Assembly: GCA_016235455.1 (NCBI GenBank)
Contig: JACRKZ010000118.1
Span: 1-36,649, forward strand
Direction: 5' to 3'
From: Armatimonadota bacterium
GTDB taxonomy: Bacteria; Armatimonadota; UBA10988
DNA: 36,649 nucleotides
This document shows, in pieces, positions 1 through 10,696 of the stretch. The notes under the pieces were generated by a model that saw only the letters and a list, made by a program, of their open reading frames with translations, was not told the DNA's origin and did no database searches. Both the position numbers and the translations under genes were made by a program. Within the stretch, counting starts at the first letter, position 1. Each line of letters begins with the position of its first letter.

Positions 1-366
1 AGCGTGGGCCACGACTCGCACCACATCACCGCCGTGGGCCTCTCGCGCCAGGCCCTGGCCCGCGCGGTGGCGGCGGTGGCGGAGTCCGGCGGCGGCCTGG
101 CCGTGGCCGACGACGACGGTGTGCTGGCCCATCTACCGCTGCCGCTGGCTGGACTGATGAGCGATCAGCCCGCGGCGACCGTGGCCGCGGGCGTGCGTGA
201 AGTGCGGGCGGCGGCGGCCAGCCTGGGCTGTGCCCTACCCGACCCGTTCATGACCCTGTCGTTCATCTCGCTGAGCGTCATCCCCGAACTGCGACTGACT
301 CCCGCCGGCCTGGTGGATGTAACGCGCTTCGAGCGGACGGCACTATCGACGAACGACCGAGTGTAG
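1..366 (+). CDS. ade: Adenine deaminase, C-terminal part (5' truncated by window edge)
   Basis: Frame is open from base 1. Motifs SVGHDSHH, LPLPLAGLMSD and PFMTLSFISLSVIPELRLT..GLVDV match the adenine deaminase C-terminal domain. Confidence 0.9.
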   Translation, partial: SVGHDSHHITAVGLSRQALARAVAAVAESGGGLAVADDDGVLAHLPLPLAGLMSDQPAATVAAGVREVRAAAASLGCALPDPFMTLSFISLSVIPELRLTPAGLVDVTRFERTALSTNDRV

Positions 367-388
367 CCAGCAGACCTGGAGGGTGCCT

Positions 389-2311
<1,923 letters not shown>

Positions 2312-2368
2312 GCCTGCTACGGCCCGGCGCCAAAATCGCCCTTGCCGGCGCCAGGGCGCGTGGGCACA

Positions 2369-2391
2369 GTCGCATTATGGCCCAATGCGAC
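2369..2391. promoter_or_regulatory. Perfect 8-bp inverted repeat, possible operator or hairpin
   Basis: GTCGCATT-atggccc-AATGCGAC in the relatively AT-rich ftsH/PIN-TRAM intergenic region, upstream of a TAGAAT -10-like hexamer (2435-2440) that has no clear -35. Confidence 0.35.
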
Positions 2392-2543
2392 ACAAATCGA
2401 TGTTGTCCACGCATTTCATGTAGCGCCATTGGGGTAGAATGGAACCAACGCCCGGTGCGCAAGCGTCTGGCAGAAGTCAGGGGTATCCGTGTGCCCTGCG
2501 GCACGCGGCTTCGAAGTGAGTCGCACGGGGATTGAGCAGCGCA

Positions 2544-3809
2544 ATGGCAGATCAAGGCAGCCGTAACGCCGGTCGACCGGCACCCAAGAGGCCTCGACCG
2601 GCTCGCCCGGTCGAGAGCAGCACGCCGTCGGGTGAGCAGACGAGCCGCATCGCCCAGATCATCGACCGCCGACCGGTCCACATGGTCTTCACCGGCATTC
2701 TCATGGTGCTCGGCGGCATCCTCGGCTGCATCCTGGCGCTCCGCTACGTCCAGTTGGGCGGCGTCGAGGCCAACCCGATCAAGACGCCGGGCTACTACTG
2801 GTTCAACCTGACCTGCATCACCGTGCTGGGCATCCTGTTGGGCTTCCTGTTCGCCTCGTCCACCTTCCGCTGGATTGTGGCGCTGGTGCCACGCCTCGAG
2901 CAGATGCCCATCGAAGACAAGGTGGCCGGCATCTTCGGGGTCATGCTGGGTCTGATCATCGCCGTGCTGTTGCAGCCGCTGGCGCGCCAGGTGGGCGCCG
3001 CGGGCAACGTGCTGGTGACCCTTATCTACTTCTTCGCGGTCTTCTTCGGCATTGTCTTCGGCATCAGCATGAAGAAGGAGCTGGTGCGCATGTTCGCCAG
3101 TCCGCCGCTGGAGGACGACGACGCGGACGGCCCTTATGTGGCCCGCAAGGCGCTGGCCAAGTTGATGGACACCAACGTGGTCATCGACGGCCGCATCCTC
3201 GAAGTCTGGAACAGCGGCTTCATTGAGGGCGACCTGCTGGTGCCTCAGTTCGTGCTCGACGAGTTGCAGACCATCGCCGACAGTGCCGACGACCTCAAGC
3301 GCGCTCGTGGCCGACGCGGGCTCGACTTGCTCAACCGGCTCAAGGAAGAGATCGCCAGCTTCCGCGTGCTGCGCCCGCGTGACTACGCGGTGTCCGTCAC
3401 CGACGCCGAGGGCGTGGACAGCAAGCTGGTCAAGCTGGCCGGCGCCATGGATGCCGCGCTGCTGACCAACGACTTCAACCTGAGCAAGGTGGCCGAGCTG
3501 CAGGGCATTCCGGTGCTCAACGTGAACCGCCTCGTGCTGGCGCTCAAGCCGGTGGTCATGGCCGGCGAGGAACTGCGCGTCAACATCATCCGCCACGGCC
3601 GTGACCCCGGCCAGGGCGTCGCCTACCTGGACGACGGCACCATGGTGGTGGTCGAGGACGGCGAGGCCAAGGTCGGCCGCGTGGTCGATGTGGTCGTCAC
3701 CTCCATGCTGCAGACCGTCGCCGGCAAGATGATCTTCGCCGTGCTCAAGGACGCCACGGGCAACCACGGCAACCATGGCGACCAAAGCGGCCGGGGCAGC
3801 TACCGGTGA
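2544..3809 (+). CDS. PIN/TRAM domain membrane protein (YacL-like)
   Basis: N-terminal TM helices, PIN motifs DTNVVIDGR, VPQFVLDELQ, RGRRGL, TNDFNL and TRAM segment GVAYLDDGTMVVVE...QTVAGKMIF. Sits directly upstream of ispD as in Firmicutes. Start is ATG 2544 or TTG 2532. Confidence 0.92.
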   Translation: MADQGSRNAGRPAPKRPRPARPVESSTPSGEQTSRIAQIIDRRPVHMVFTGILMVLGGILGCILALRYVQLGGVEANPIKTPGYYWFNLTCITVLGILLGFLFASSTFRWIVALVPRLEQMPIEDKVAGIFGVMLGLIIAVLLQPLARQVGAAGNVLVTLIYFFAVFFGIVFGISMKKELVRMFASPPLEDDDADGPYVARKALAKLMDTNVVIDGRILEVWNSGFIEGDLLVPQFVLDELQTIADSADDLKRARGRRGLDLLNRLKEEIASFRVLRPRDYAVSVTDAEGVDSKLVKLAGAMDAALLTNDFNLSKVAELQGIPVLNVNRLVLALKPVVMAGEELRVNIIRHGRDPGQGVAYLDDGTMVVVEDGEAKVGRVVDVVVTSMLQTVAGKMIFAVLKDATGNHGNHGDQSGRGSYR

Positions 3810-5011
3810 GCCAGCCGACATCCCGACCCAAGGTCGACCTGGCCCGCAGCGCCATCATCCTGCCCGCCGCCGGCAGCGGCCAACGCGTTGGCGCGCCGGT
3901 CAACAAGCTTCTGCTGCCGCTGCGCGCCGAGCCGCTCCTCCTGCACACCCTCCGGGCCGTGGCCCGTGTGGGCGCGGCGCAGGTCGTGCTGGTCTGCCGC
4001 GACGACGAACGCCCCACCATGGCCGCACTGGCCGCCTCGGCCGAGTTGAGCGTCACCTTCGCGGTCGGTGGCGCCACGCGCCAGGAGTCGGTGGCCAACG
4101 GCCTGGCTGCGCTCGCGCCCGAGATCGACATCGTCGCGGTGCATGACGCGGCGCGGCCGATGGTCACCCCCGAGCTGTTCTGGGCGGCGCTGGCCTCGGC
4201 CGCGGAGCGTGGCACGGGCGTCGTGGCGCTGCCCGCGGTGGACACACTCAAGCTCGTCGAGGGCACGCTGGTCGTCTCCACGCTGGACCGCAGCCGCGTG
4301 TGGGCCGTGCAGACACCGCAGGCCGTACGCGTCACACTGTTGCGCGAAGGCTACCGCCAAGCCGCCGACTCCGGGCTCGCGGTGACCGACGAGGCCGGGC
4401 TGGTGGAGGCGCTGGGCCAGCCGGTGCACCTGGTGGAAGGCTCGGCACGCAACATCAAAGTCACAAGAGCCGAGGATTTCGCTGTCGCGGAGGCCCTGCT
4501 CCAGGGTACGATCGAGAAAGGGTTGATGACTGTGTGGCCTCGAGTGGGATATGGCTACGATGTCCACCGGCTGACCAAGGGCCGGGAGCTGTGGTTGGGT
4601 GGTGTTCGTATTGACTCGCCGCTGGGCCTGTTGGGCCACAGCGATGCCGACGCGCTGCTCCACGCGATCTGCGACGCCATGCTCGGCGCCGTGGGCCTCG
4701 GCGACATTGGTCGCCATTTCCCCGACACCGATCCCGCCTACGAAGGCATCGCCTCGATCAAGCTCCTGTCGCATGTCGCCGCGCTGCTGCACGATAAGGG
4801 ATGGCAGGTCCATAACCTGGATGCCACGGTCGTGGCCGAGAAGCCCAAGCTGGCACCACATGTGCCAGCCATGGTGGCCTGCATCGCCGAAGCCGTTGGC
4901 ATCGACGAAGGGATGGTGAACATCAAGGCAACGACCAACGAGAAGCTCGATGATCTGGGCGCCCAGCTCGGCATCTGTGCCCATGCGGTGGCGCTCGTCG
5001 TACCTCGCTAG
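3806..5011 (+). CDS. ispDF: Bifunctional IspD/IspF (MEP pathway)
   Basis: IspD motifs PAAGSGQR, GGATRQESV, VHDAARP, QTPQ, TDEA, NIKVT. IspF motifs GYGYDVH, GHSDAD, GDIGRHFPD, NIKATTNE. GTGA overlap with the upstream gene. Confidence 0.95.
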   Translation: MSQPTSRPKVDLARSAIILPAAGSGQRVGAPVNKLLLPLRAEPLLLHTLRAVARVGAAQVVLVCRDDERPTMAALAASAELSVTFAVGGATRQESVANGLAALAPEIDIVAVHDAARPMVTPELFWAALASAAERGTGVVALPAVDTLKLVEGTLVVSTLDRSRVWAVQTPQAVRVTLLREGYRQAADSGLAVTDEAGLVEALGQPVHLVEGSARNIKVTRAEDFAVAEALLQGTIEKGLMTVWPRVGYGYDVHRLTKGRELWLGGVRIDSPLGLLGHSDADALLHAICDAMLGAVGLGDIGRHFPDTDPAYEGIASIKLLSHVAALLHDKGWQVHNLDATVVAEKPKLAPHVPAMVACIAEAVGIDEGMVNIKATTNEKLDDLGAQLGICAHAVALVVPR

Positions 5012-5023
5012 AGGAGAACCTTC

Positions 5024-5572
5024 ATGCAGATTCTGATCAACGGCAAGAACACCGACCTCCCGGACAACCTGTCCGCCAGCATCCAGAAGCGTCTGGAGAA
5101 GCTGGGCGACCGCTACCGCTTCCTCCAAGAGGCGCATGTGGTCGTGGGCAAGCAGCGCAAGTGGCACGAATGTGAGGTCACGCTGCACGTCAAGCATCAG
5201 ATTCTGCGCGCCAAGGAGCGCGACGCCGACCTCGGCACCGCCGTGGACAACACCTTCGACAAGCTGGAGAAGCAGCTCTCGCGGCACAAGGGCCGCTTGC
5301 TGGAGCACAGCCGCCACACCGAGAAGGACAGCCCGACCCCGCTCAGCGAGCTGACCGTCGAGCCGCTCGAGCCGGCCGAGGACCAGTACGTGCCGCCGCG
5401 CGTGGTCAAGGTCAAGCGCATCGACATCAAGCCGATGGCCGTCGAGGAAGCGGCCCTGCAGATGGAGTTGCTCGGCCACGACTTCTATGTGTTTGTGGAT
5501 GACCAGAGCGAGTCGCTCAATGTCATCTACCGCCGCCACAACGGCGATATCGGGCTGATCCAGCCCGAGTAG
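5024..5572 (+). CDS. hpf: Long-form ribosome hibernation promoting factor (HPF/RaiA with S30AE C-terminal domain)
   Basis: N-terminal MQILINGKN...AVDNTFDKLEKQL and C-terminal KPMAVEEAALQMELLGHDFYVF...NVIYRR..GDIGLI. RBS GAGGAG. Confidence 0.95.
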   Translation: MQILINGKNTDLPDNLSASIQKRLEKLGDRYRFLQEAHVVVGKQRKWHECEVTLHVKHQILRAKERDADLGTAVDNTFDKLEKQLSRHKGRLLEHSRHTEKDSPTPLSELTVEPLEPAEDQYVPPRVVKVKRIDIKPMAVEEAALQMELLGHDFYVFVDDQSESLNVIYRRHNGDIGLIQPE

Positions 5573-5581
5573 CCCGTCGCC

Positions 5582-5616
5582 GCCGGCCCGGCATCGCTCG
5601 CGAGCGCCGGGCCGGC
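5582..5616. terminator. GC-rich hairpin after hpf (no U-tract)
   Basis: GCCGGCCCGGC (5582-5592) pairs with GCCGGGCCGGC (5606-5616), 10 nt after the stop codon. Confidence 0.45.
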
Positions 5617-5670
5617 CCACCTTGCAGGAAAGCCCCGCGTCACGGCCAATCGGGGGCTCAGGAGGCTGTG

Positions 5671-6300
5671 ATGACCCCCAATGCCTCGCTTCAGCCAGCG
5701 GCCGCAGGCTGCCCGACTGGCTGCCTGCTCACCGGCGGCGCCATCGCCGTCGGCCTGCTCGCTCTCGGCGTGCTGACCGTCGCCGTCGTGCCGCCGCTGG
5801 GCATCTTCGCGCTCATCCTGGGCGCGATCGCCGCGGCCGCGGTGGCCTGGGCCGCGCTCGCCCGCCAGCAGAGCGAGATGCTCGATGTCGAGCTGGACTG
5901 CCAGCCATCGACGCTTCGCCTCGGTGAGACGCTGAACTTCGCCGTCACCGTCAGCGCCAAGAAGCCGTGTCGCCTGAGCGCCGGCACCGTCACCTTGCGC
6001 TGCCGCGAGCGTGCCATCTCCCGAGGCGGGACCAGCGACACCACGTACCTGCACACGGTCTACGAGGACACGCGCGACCTGCCCGCCGAGGACCATCTGA
6101 TGCCCGGCTCGAGCTGGTCGGCCGAAGCGGCGCTGCCGATTCCGCGGGAGCTGCCCGCCACCTTCGTCGGCCGCAACAACTTCATCGAGTGGCATCTTGT
6201 GCTGCACATCGGTATTCCCGGTCCGCTCCTGGACATCCGTCGCGAGCAGCCGTTGGTGGTCGTGCCTGAGTTGGTGGAGGGAGCGTCCGATGAAGGTTGA
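5671..6300 (+). CDS. Hypothetical membrane protein: 2 TM helices plus arrestin-N/Spo0M-like beta-sandwich
   Basis: AGGAGG at 5660-5665 before ATG 5671. Hydrophobic hairpin, then LRLGETLNFAVTV...LPIPRELPATFVGRNNFIEWHLVLHIGIP...PLVVVP. The fold is inferred from the sequence pattern. Confidence 0.6.
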   Translation: MTPNASLQPAAAGCPTGCLLTGGAIAVGLLALGVLTVAVVPPLGIFALILGAIAAAAVAWAALARQQSEMLDVELDCQPSTLRLGETLNFAVTVSAKKPCRLSAGTVTLRCRERAISRGGTSDTTYLHTVYEDTRDLPAEDHLMPGSSWSAEAALPIPRELPATFVGRNNFIEWHLVLHIGIPGPLLDIRREQPLVVVPELVEGASDEG

Positions 6301-6697
6301 CGTCCATTTCGAGGCGCCCGCGGTGACCGCCGACGGCCTGGCCCGCTACGAGCCCGGCCAGACAGTGCGCGGCACGGTGCTCTGCCGGCCCGAGCGCGAC
6401 GCGCACACGCGCGGCCTGATGATGGCCATTGGCTGCCACATCCACGGCTCCGGCACACCCGAGGACCTGCTGCTGCAGCCGGAGATACCCCTGCATGTGG
6501 GCGACCTGACCGCCGGCCAGGTGATCAGCCACAGCTTCGAGGTGGCGCTGCCGGCCGATGCGCCGGTCAGCTACGAAGGGCGGCGTGTGAAGTTCGACTG
6601 GGCGCTGCGCCTGCGCGTGGACATCCCCATCTGGCCTGACCAACGCTCTGAGCACCCGTTCGTCGTCACGCCGCGCGGCACGTCGCCGCAACCCTGA
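6290..6697 (+). CDS. Hypothetical soluble protein, arrestin-N/Spo0M-like, apparent paralog of the upstream gene's C-terminal domain
   Basis: GGAGG RBS before ATG 6290, which overlaps the upstream gene's end. YEPGQTVRGTV...FEVALPADAPVSYEGRRVKFDWALRLRVDIP...PFVVTP. Confidence 0.6.
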   Translation: MKVDVHFEAPAVTADGLARYEPGQTVRGTVLCRPERDAHTRGLMMAIGCHIHGSGTPEDLLLQPEIPLHVGDLTAGQVISHSFEVALPADAPVSYEGRRVKFDWALRLRVDIPIWPDQRSEHPFVVTPRGTSPQP

Positions 6698-6718
6698 AAA
6701 CGGTGTCAGGGACCGTTT
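6698..6718. repeat. Short palindrome/hairpin, terminator-like or REP-like
   Basis: AAACGGT-gtcaggg-ACCGTTT directly after the stop codon. Confidence 0.35.
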
Positions 6719-6781
6719 CCGCCCGAGCCTTGCCGTCGGGGTGATCCTGTGGTCTAGTGTAGTCATGAGGAGAGCTGGTGC

Positions 6782-7993
6782 ATGGAACGCATCGAAGGTG
6801 GTCATGTGACCACGCCACGAGGCTTTCGGGCCAACGGTGTGGTGGCTGGAATCAAGGTGTCGGGCCGACCCGACCTGGCCTTGCTGGTCAGCGACACGCC
6901 CGCGCAGGCGGCCGGTGTCTTCACCACCAACCTGGTGCGTGCCTACAACGTCGACCGTAACCGCCGCCTGCTGGGTGCCGGCCAGGCGTTGCGCGCGGTG
7001 ATCGTCAACAGCGGCAACGCCAACGTGGCGACCGGTGAGCAGGGCCGACGCGACACCGACCAGATGGCGGCGCTGGTGGCGGCGCGGCTGGACCTGCGGG
7101 CCGACGAGGTGGCCGTGGCTCAGACCGGCGTGATCGGCGTGCCGCTGCCCATGGACGTGATTCGCGGCGCCATTCCCGATCTGGTGGCCGGCTTGGGCGA
7201 CGACGGCGGCCCCGCGGCGGCCGAGGCCATCTGCACCACGGACACGCAGATCAAGCAGACCGCGGTCCAGGTAATGCTCGACGGCGTGCCGGTGACCATC
7301 GGCGCCATGGCCAAGGGCGCCGGCATGATCCACCCGAACATGGCCACGATGCTGTGCTTCGTCACCACCGACGCCGCGCTGGGCACGGAGGCCGCGCACC
7401 ATGCGCTGGTCACGGCCGTGGCGCGCACGCTCAACGCAGTCACCATCGACGGTGACCAGAGCACCAGTGACACCTGCCTGCTGCTGGCCAATGGCCTGGC
7501 CGGCAACCCGCTGGTGGAAGATCTGGACGACCCGCGGCTGACGCTCTTCACCGAGGCGCTGACGGCGGTGCTGGACCCCTTGGCGCGGCTCATCGCGCGC
7601 GACGGCGAGGGCGCCTCGAAGCTGCTGGTGGTCAAGGTCAATGGCGCGGTCAGCGATGCCCAGGCGGCGCAGGCGGCACGCTCGGTGGCGGGCAGCAATC
7701 TGTTCAAATGCGCGGTGCGCGGCAGCGACCCCAACTGGGGCCGCATCGCCTGCGCCATCGGCTACAGCGGCGCCGAGGTCGACCAGTCCAAGCTGACCAT
7801 CACGCTCAACCAGGTGCTGCTGATGTTTGAGGGCGAGCCCCAGAGCTTCGACGCGGCGGCGGTGAGCCGGTCAATGGATGCGGCCGAGGTCACAGTGCAG
7901 GTGGATCTGGGTCTCGGCCGGGGCCTGGGAGTGGCGTACGGCTGCGATCTGACCGAGGAATACGTGAAGATCAACGCCGACTACACGACGTAG
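6782..7993 (+). CDS. argJ: Ornithine acetyltransferase / N-acetylglutamate synthase ArgJ
   Basis: NSGNAN, TGVIG, AKGAGMIHPNMATML (autocleavage A|T), DGEGASK, DPNWGRI, GCDLTEEYVKINADYTT. RBS GAGGAG. Confidence 0.97.
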   Translation: MERIEGGHVTTPRGFRANGVVAGIKVSGRPDLALLVSDTPAQAAGVFTTNLVRAYNVDRNRRLLGAGQALRAVIVNSGNANVATGEQGRRDTDQMAALVAARLDLRADEVAVAQTGVIGVPLPMDVIRGAIPDLVAGLGDDGGPAAAEAICTTDTQIKQTAVQVMLDGVPVTIGAMAKGAGMIHPNMATMLCFVTTDAALGTEAAHHALVTAVARTLNAVTIDGDQSTSDTCLLLANGLAGNPLVEDLDDPRLTLFTEALTAVLDPLARLIARDGEGASKLLVVKVNGAVSDAQAAQAARSVAGSNLFKCAVRGSDPNWGRIACAIGYSGAEVDQSKLTITLNQVLLMFEGEPQSFDAAAVSRSMDAAEVTVQVDLGLGRGLGVAYGCDLTEEYVKINADYTT

Positions 7994-8009
7994 GCAGTCA
8001 GGCGGGCGG

Positions 8010-8966
8010 ATGAAGCGGCTGGCAGCGGCACGACCGGCGGCATTGCGCCACTGGTCGTTTGTGCGCGAGATCGGCATTTCGGCGTGGCGCGACGAGATCA
8101 CCATTCTGGCCGCGGCCATCGCGCATTTTGGCCTGCTCAGCCTGGTGCCGGCCACGCTGCTGACCGCGTCGCTGCTGGGTGTGCTGCTCCGCGGTGCCGA
8201 GGCGCAGGCCTGGGCCGCGCGGATGCTCAGCACTGCCATTCCGCGGCCCGAGGTCATCGCCTCGATCACCCAGCGCATGGTCGCCGACCGCGGCCAAATC
8301 GGCGGATTCGGCCTGGTCATTCTGCTCTGGCTGTCGTCGCGCACCTTCGTCGTGCTGCAGCGCGCGCTGGACTCCATCCTGCACATCCAGCCCCACGAGC
8401 GGCGGCGCTCGGTGCTGTTGCAGGGGCTCATCTCCGTGGCCGTGATGGTGGCGCTGGGCGCCTTCGCCTACCTGTCGCTCATCGCCAGTTCGCTGGTCAG
8501 CTCGCTGCTCACCTCGCGCGCGGGCTGGCTGCCGGGCGGTGAGCGCTATCTGTCGCGCTGGGTCACGCTGGCCAGCGCCAGCACCACCACGCTGCTGTCC
8601 ATCCTGCTCATGTACCTGGTCTACCGCTGGCTGCCGAGCGCCAGCGTGCCACGACGCTCGGCGCTGGCCGGGGCGGTGGCGTCGGGTCTGCTGTGGGAGG
8701 CGGGCAAGGTCGGTTTTGGTGTCTACCTGACGCGCTACGCCGCCATCGACCGCTTCTACGGCGCCATGGGCGGCCTGGCGTTGGTGGTCGGCTGGAGCTA
8801 CCTGACCGCCCTGATCGTGCTGCTCGGCGCCGAGGTGACCGAGGCCCACACCAAGGTCTATCCGGCCGGCCGCCCGGCCGTCGCCCAGCCTGACTCCCCC
8901 GATCTGCTTGACAGACCCGCCGACGCGGTACAACCTGTGAACGCCGAAGATTGTCCCCAAGCGTGA
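8010..8966 (+). CDS. YihY/virulence factor BrkB family membrane protein
   Basis: AAAIAHFGLLSLVP, VYRWLP, GAVASGLLWEAGKVGFGVYL, YGAMGG, LLGAEV. Multiple TM segments. Confidence 0.88.
   Translation: MKRLAAARPAALRHWSFVREIGISAWRDEITILAAAIAHFGLLSLVPATLLTASLLGVLLRGAEAQAWAARMLSTAIPRPEVIASITQRMVADRGQIGGFGLVILLWLSSRTFVVLQRALDSILHIQPHERRRSVLLQGLISVAVMVALGAFAYLSLIASSLVSSLLTSRAGWLPGGERYLSRWVTLASASTTTLLSILLMYLVYRWLPSASVPRRSALAGAVASGLLWEAGKVGFGVYLTRYAAIDRFYGAMGGLALVVGWSYLTALIVLLGAEVTEAHTKVYPAGRPAVAQPDSPDLLDRPADAVQPVNAEDCPQA
8908..8936 (+). promoter_or_regulatory. Possible sigma70-type promoter inside the 3' tail of yihY, upstream of the kinase-like gene
   Basis: Perfect TTGACA (8908-8913) followed by TACAAC at 15 bp or CAACCT at 17 bp. 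The -10 match or spacing is imperfect either way. Confidence 0.35.
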
Positions 8967-8979
8967 GGATCTCACCACC

Positions 8980-10665
8980 ATGAGCCAAGAACTGGTTGGT
9001 CAACGCTATCTGCTCGAGCGCGAGGTGCGCCGCACGGCGCGCCTGACGGCCTACGCCGCGCTCGATACGCAGTCACAACTGCCGGTGACCATCAAGCTGT
9101 TGCGGCCCGACCTGCTGGCGCAGCCAGCCTACCGCGCCGAACTCAGCCAGCGCCTGGCCGTGGTCAAGGGCGGCCTGCCCTGGGCGCCGGCACTGCTCGA
9201 CCTCGAGCTCGACGGCGACCGACCGTTCATCGCCGAGCGCGTCACCGCAGGCCGCACGGTCGGCGACCGCCTGCGCGCGGGCGAGAGCTTTGGCGCCGAC
9301 CAGCTGACCTCGTTGGCGGCCGGCGCGGCGCAGGCGTTGACCGCGCTGCATCACGGCCCGTTGCTCATGCACGGCACGCTCTGCCCCGAGTCGCTGCTGG
9401 TGGCCGGCGACCAGAGCGTGCTGCTGCTGGACTGCGAGCAGCCGGTCTCGCCGTTGGAGACGGTCGACCAGGCCCGCTATGCGGCGCCCGAAGTGCTCAG
9501 CGGCGACCCGGTGGACGCGCGGGCCGACCTCCATGCGCTGAGCTGCATTCTCTACCAGGCCGCACTGGGCCAGGCGCCGTTCGATGGCCCCTCGCCCCTG
9601 GCCATCAGCGCCAACAAGCAGCGCCATGTGCCCGACAGCCTGACCGCCTGGCGCACCGACCTGCCCGCCGGCCTCGTGGCCGCCGTGTCGGCCGGCCTGC
9701 AGCGCGAGGCGGTGAGCCGGCCGGCCGATGCCACGGCCTTCGCCAAGCTCCTGACCCAGGGCGCTGCCGCCTCGGCGGCAACCATGGCGCCCCCGCTCGG
9801 CGCCACGCAGATTCTCGACAAGGCCGTGGCCATACCCGCTGCCAGCGCGGCTGCCGCCTACAACGCCGCCTCGGCGTTCAACGCGGCGGCGGCGGTGGGT
9901 GGGCCGCCGGCCGCCGCGCCGCGCCCGCCCCAGCCGGTGCGACGCGAGTCGGGCGGGGCTGGCCCGTTCCTGGCCGTGATCGTGGTGCTGCTCATCGGCG
10001 GCGGCCTGTGGTGGGCGCTCAAACATCCCGGCGGCTCGCTCACGGTTCCGGCGCTGGCCGGTATGAATGAGGAGCAGGCCATCGCCAAGCTCAAGGAAGT
10101 GGGCCTCAAAGGCACCCAGAACGGCTCCGACTACGACGACAAAGTGCCCGACGGCCAAGTGCTGCGTCAGCAGCCCGAGTCCGGCGCGCGGCTCAACCCC
10201 GGCGACACGGTGCAGATCATCTTGAGCAAGGGCTCGAAGAACGCGACGTTGCCCAGCCTGGTGAACATGAGCGAGAAAGAGGCCAAGGCCGAACTGACCA
10301 AGCGCGGCCTCAAGTACGGCAGCAGCGAGACCGTGGAGCGCGCCGACGCGCCCAACGGCGTGGTCGTCGACCAGTTCCCCAAGGCGGGCGCCTCGGTGGA
10401 ACGCGGCTCGCGCGTGAGCCTGTTCGTCAACAAGAAGCCCAAGGACGCGACGACTCCGCCCGCCACGCCGCCCACCGACCCCGGCAAGACGCCCGATGCG
10501 GACAAGACAACGCCCGATGCCGGCAAGGACGCCAAGGGCAACCTGCTCGACCGCGCCGTGGAGAAAGGCGCCGAACTGGGCCGCGAGGCCACCCGCAAAG
10601 CGATCGAGGCAGCCAAGGACCAGCTCAAGAACGCGGTCGGCGGCGGCAAGGACGAGAAGAAGTAG
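8980..10665 (+). CDS. PknB/PrkC-like membrane protein: degenerate Ser/Thr kinase domain, TM helix, 2 PASTA repeats (probable pseudokinase)
   Basis: Retains RY, VTIKLL, YAAPE, DARADL and PF.G. TM segment FLAVIVVLLIGGGLWW. PASTA repeats VPALAGM...VLRQQP.SG and LPSLVNM...VVDQFP.AG. Gly-loop, HRD and DFG are absent. Confidence 0.88.
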   Translation: MSQELVGQRYLLEREVRRTARLTAYAALDTQSQLPVTIKLLRPDLLAQPAYRAELSQRLAVVKGGLPWAPALLDLELDGDRPFIAERVTAGRTVGDRLRAGESFGADQLTSLAAGAAQALTALHHGPLLMHGTLCPESLLVAGDQSVLLLDCEQPVSPLETVDQARYAAPEVLSGDPVDARADLHALSCILYQAALGQAPFDGPSPLAISANKQRHVPDSLTAWRTDLPAGLVAAVSAGLQREAVSRPADATAFAKLLTQGAAASAATMAPPLGATQILDKAVAIPAASAAAAYNAASAFNAAAAVGGPPAAAPRPPQPVRRESGGAGPFLAVIVVLLIGGGLWWALKHPGGSLTVPALAGMNEEQAIAKLKEVGLKGTQNGSDYDDKVPDGQVLRQQPESGARLNPGDTVQIILSKGSKNATLPSLVNMSEKEAKAELTKRGLKYGSSETVERADAPNGVVVDQFPKAGASVERGSRVSLFVNKKPKDATTPPATPPTDPGKTPDADKTTPDAGKDAKGNLLDRAVEKGAELGREATRKAIEAAKDQLKNAVGGGKDEKK

Positions 10666-10696
10666 CCGCTGGCCGGAATCTGGGTCCTGGCGCTGG

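Noticed and set aside
6730-6760. Promoter or ARG box upstream of argJ
   Set aside because: TTGCCG is present, but -10 candidates have poor match or spacing, and no ArgR-box-like AT-rich dyad is visible.
10440-10545. Short repeats (acgcccgatgc twice; TPPATPPT)
   Set aside because: Low-complexity Pro/Thr/Lys linker within the kinase-like gene, not a CRISPR or tandem array.
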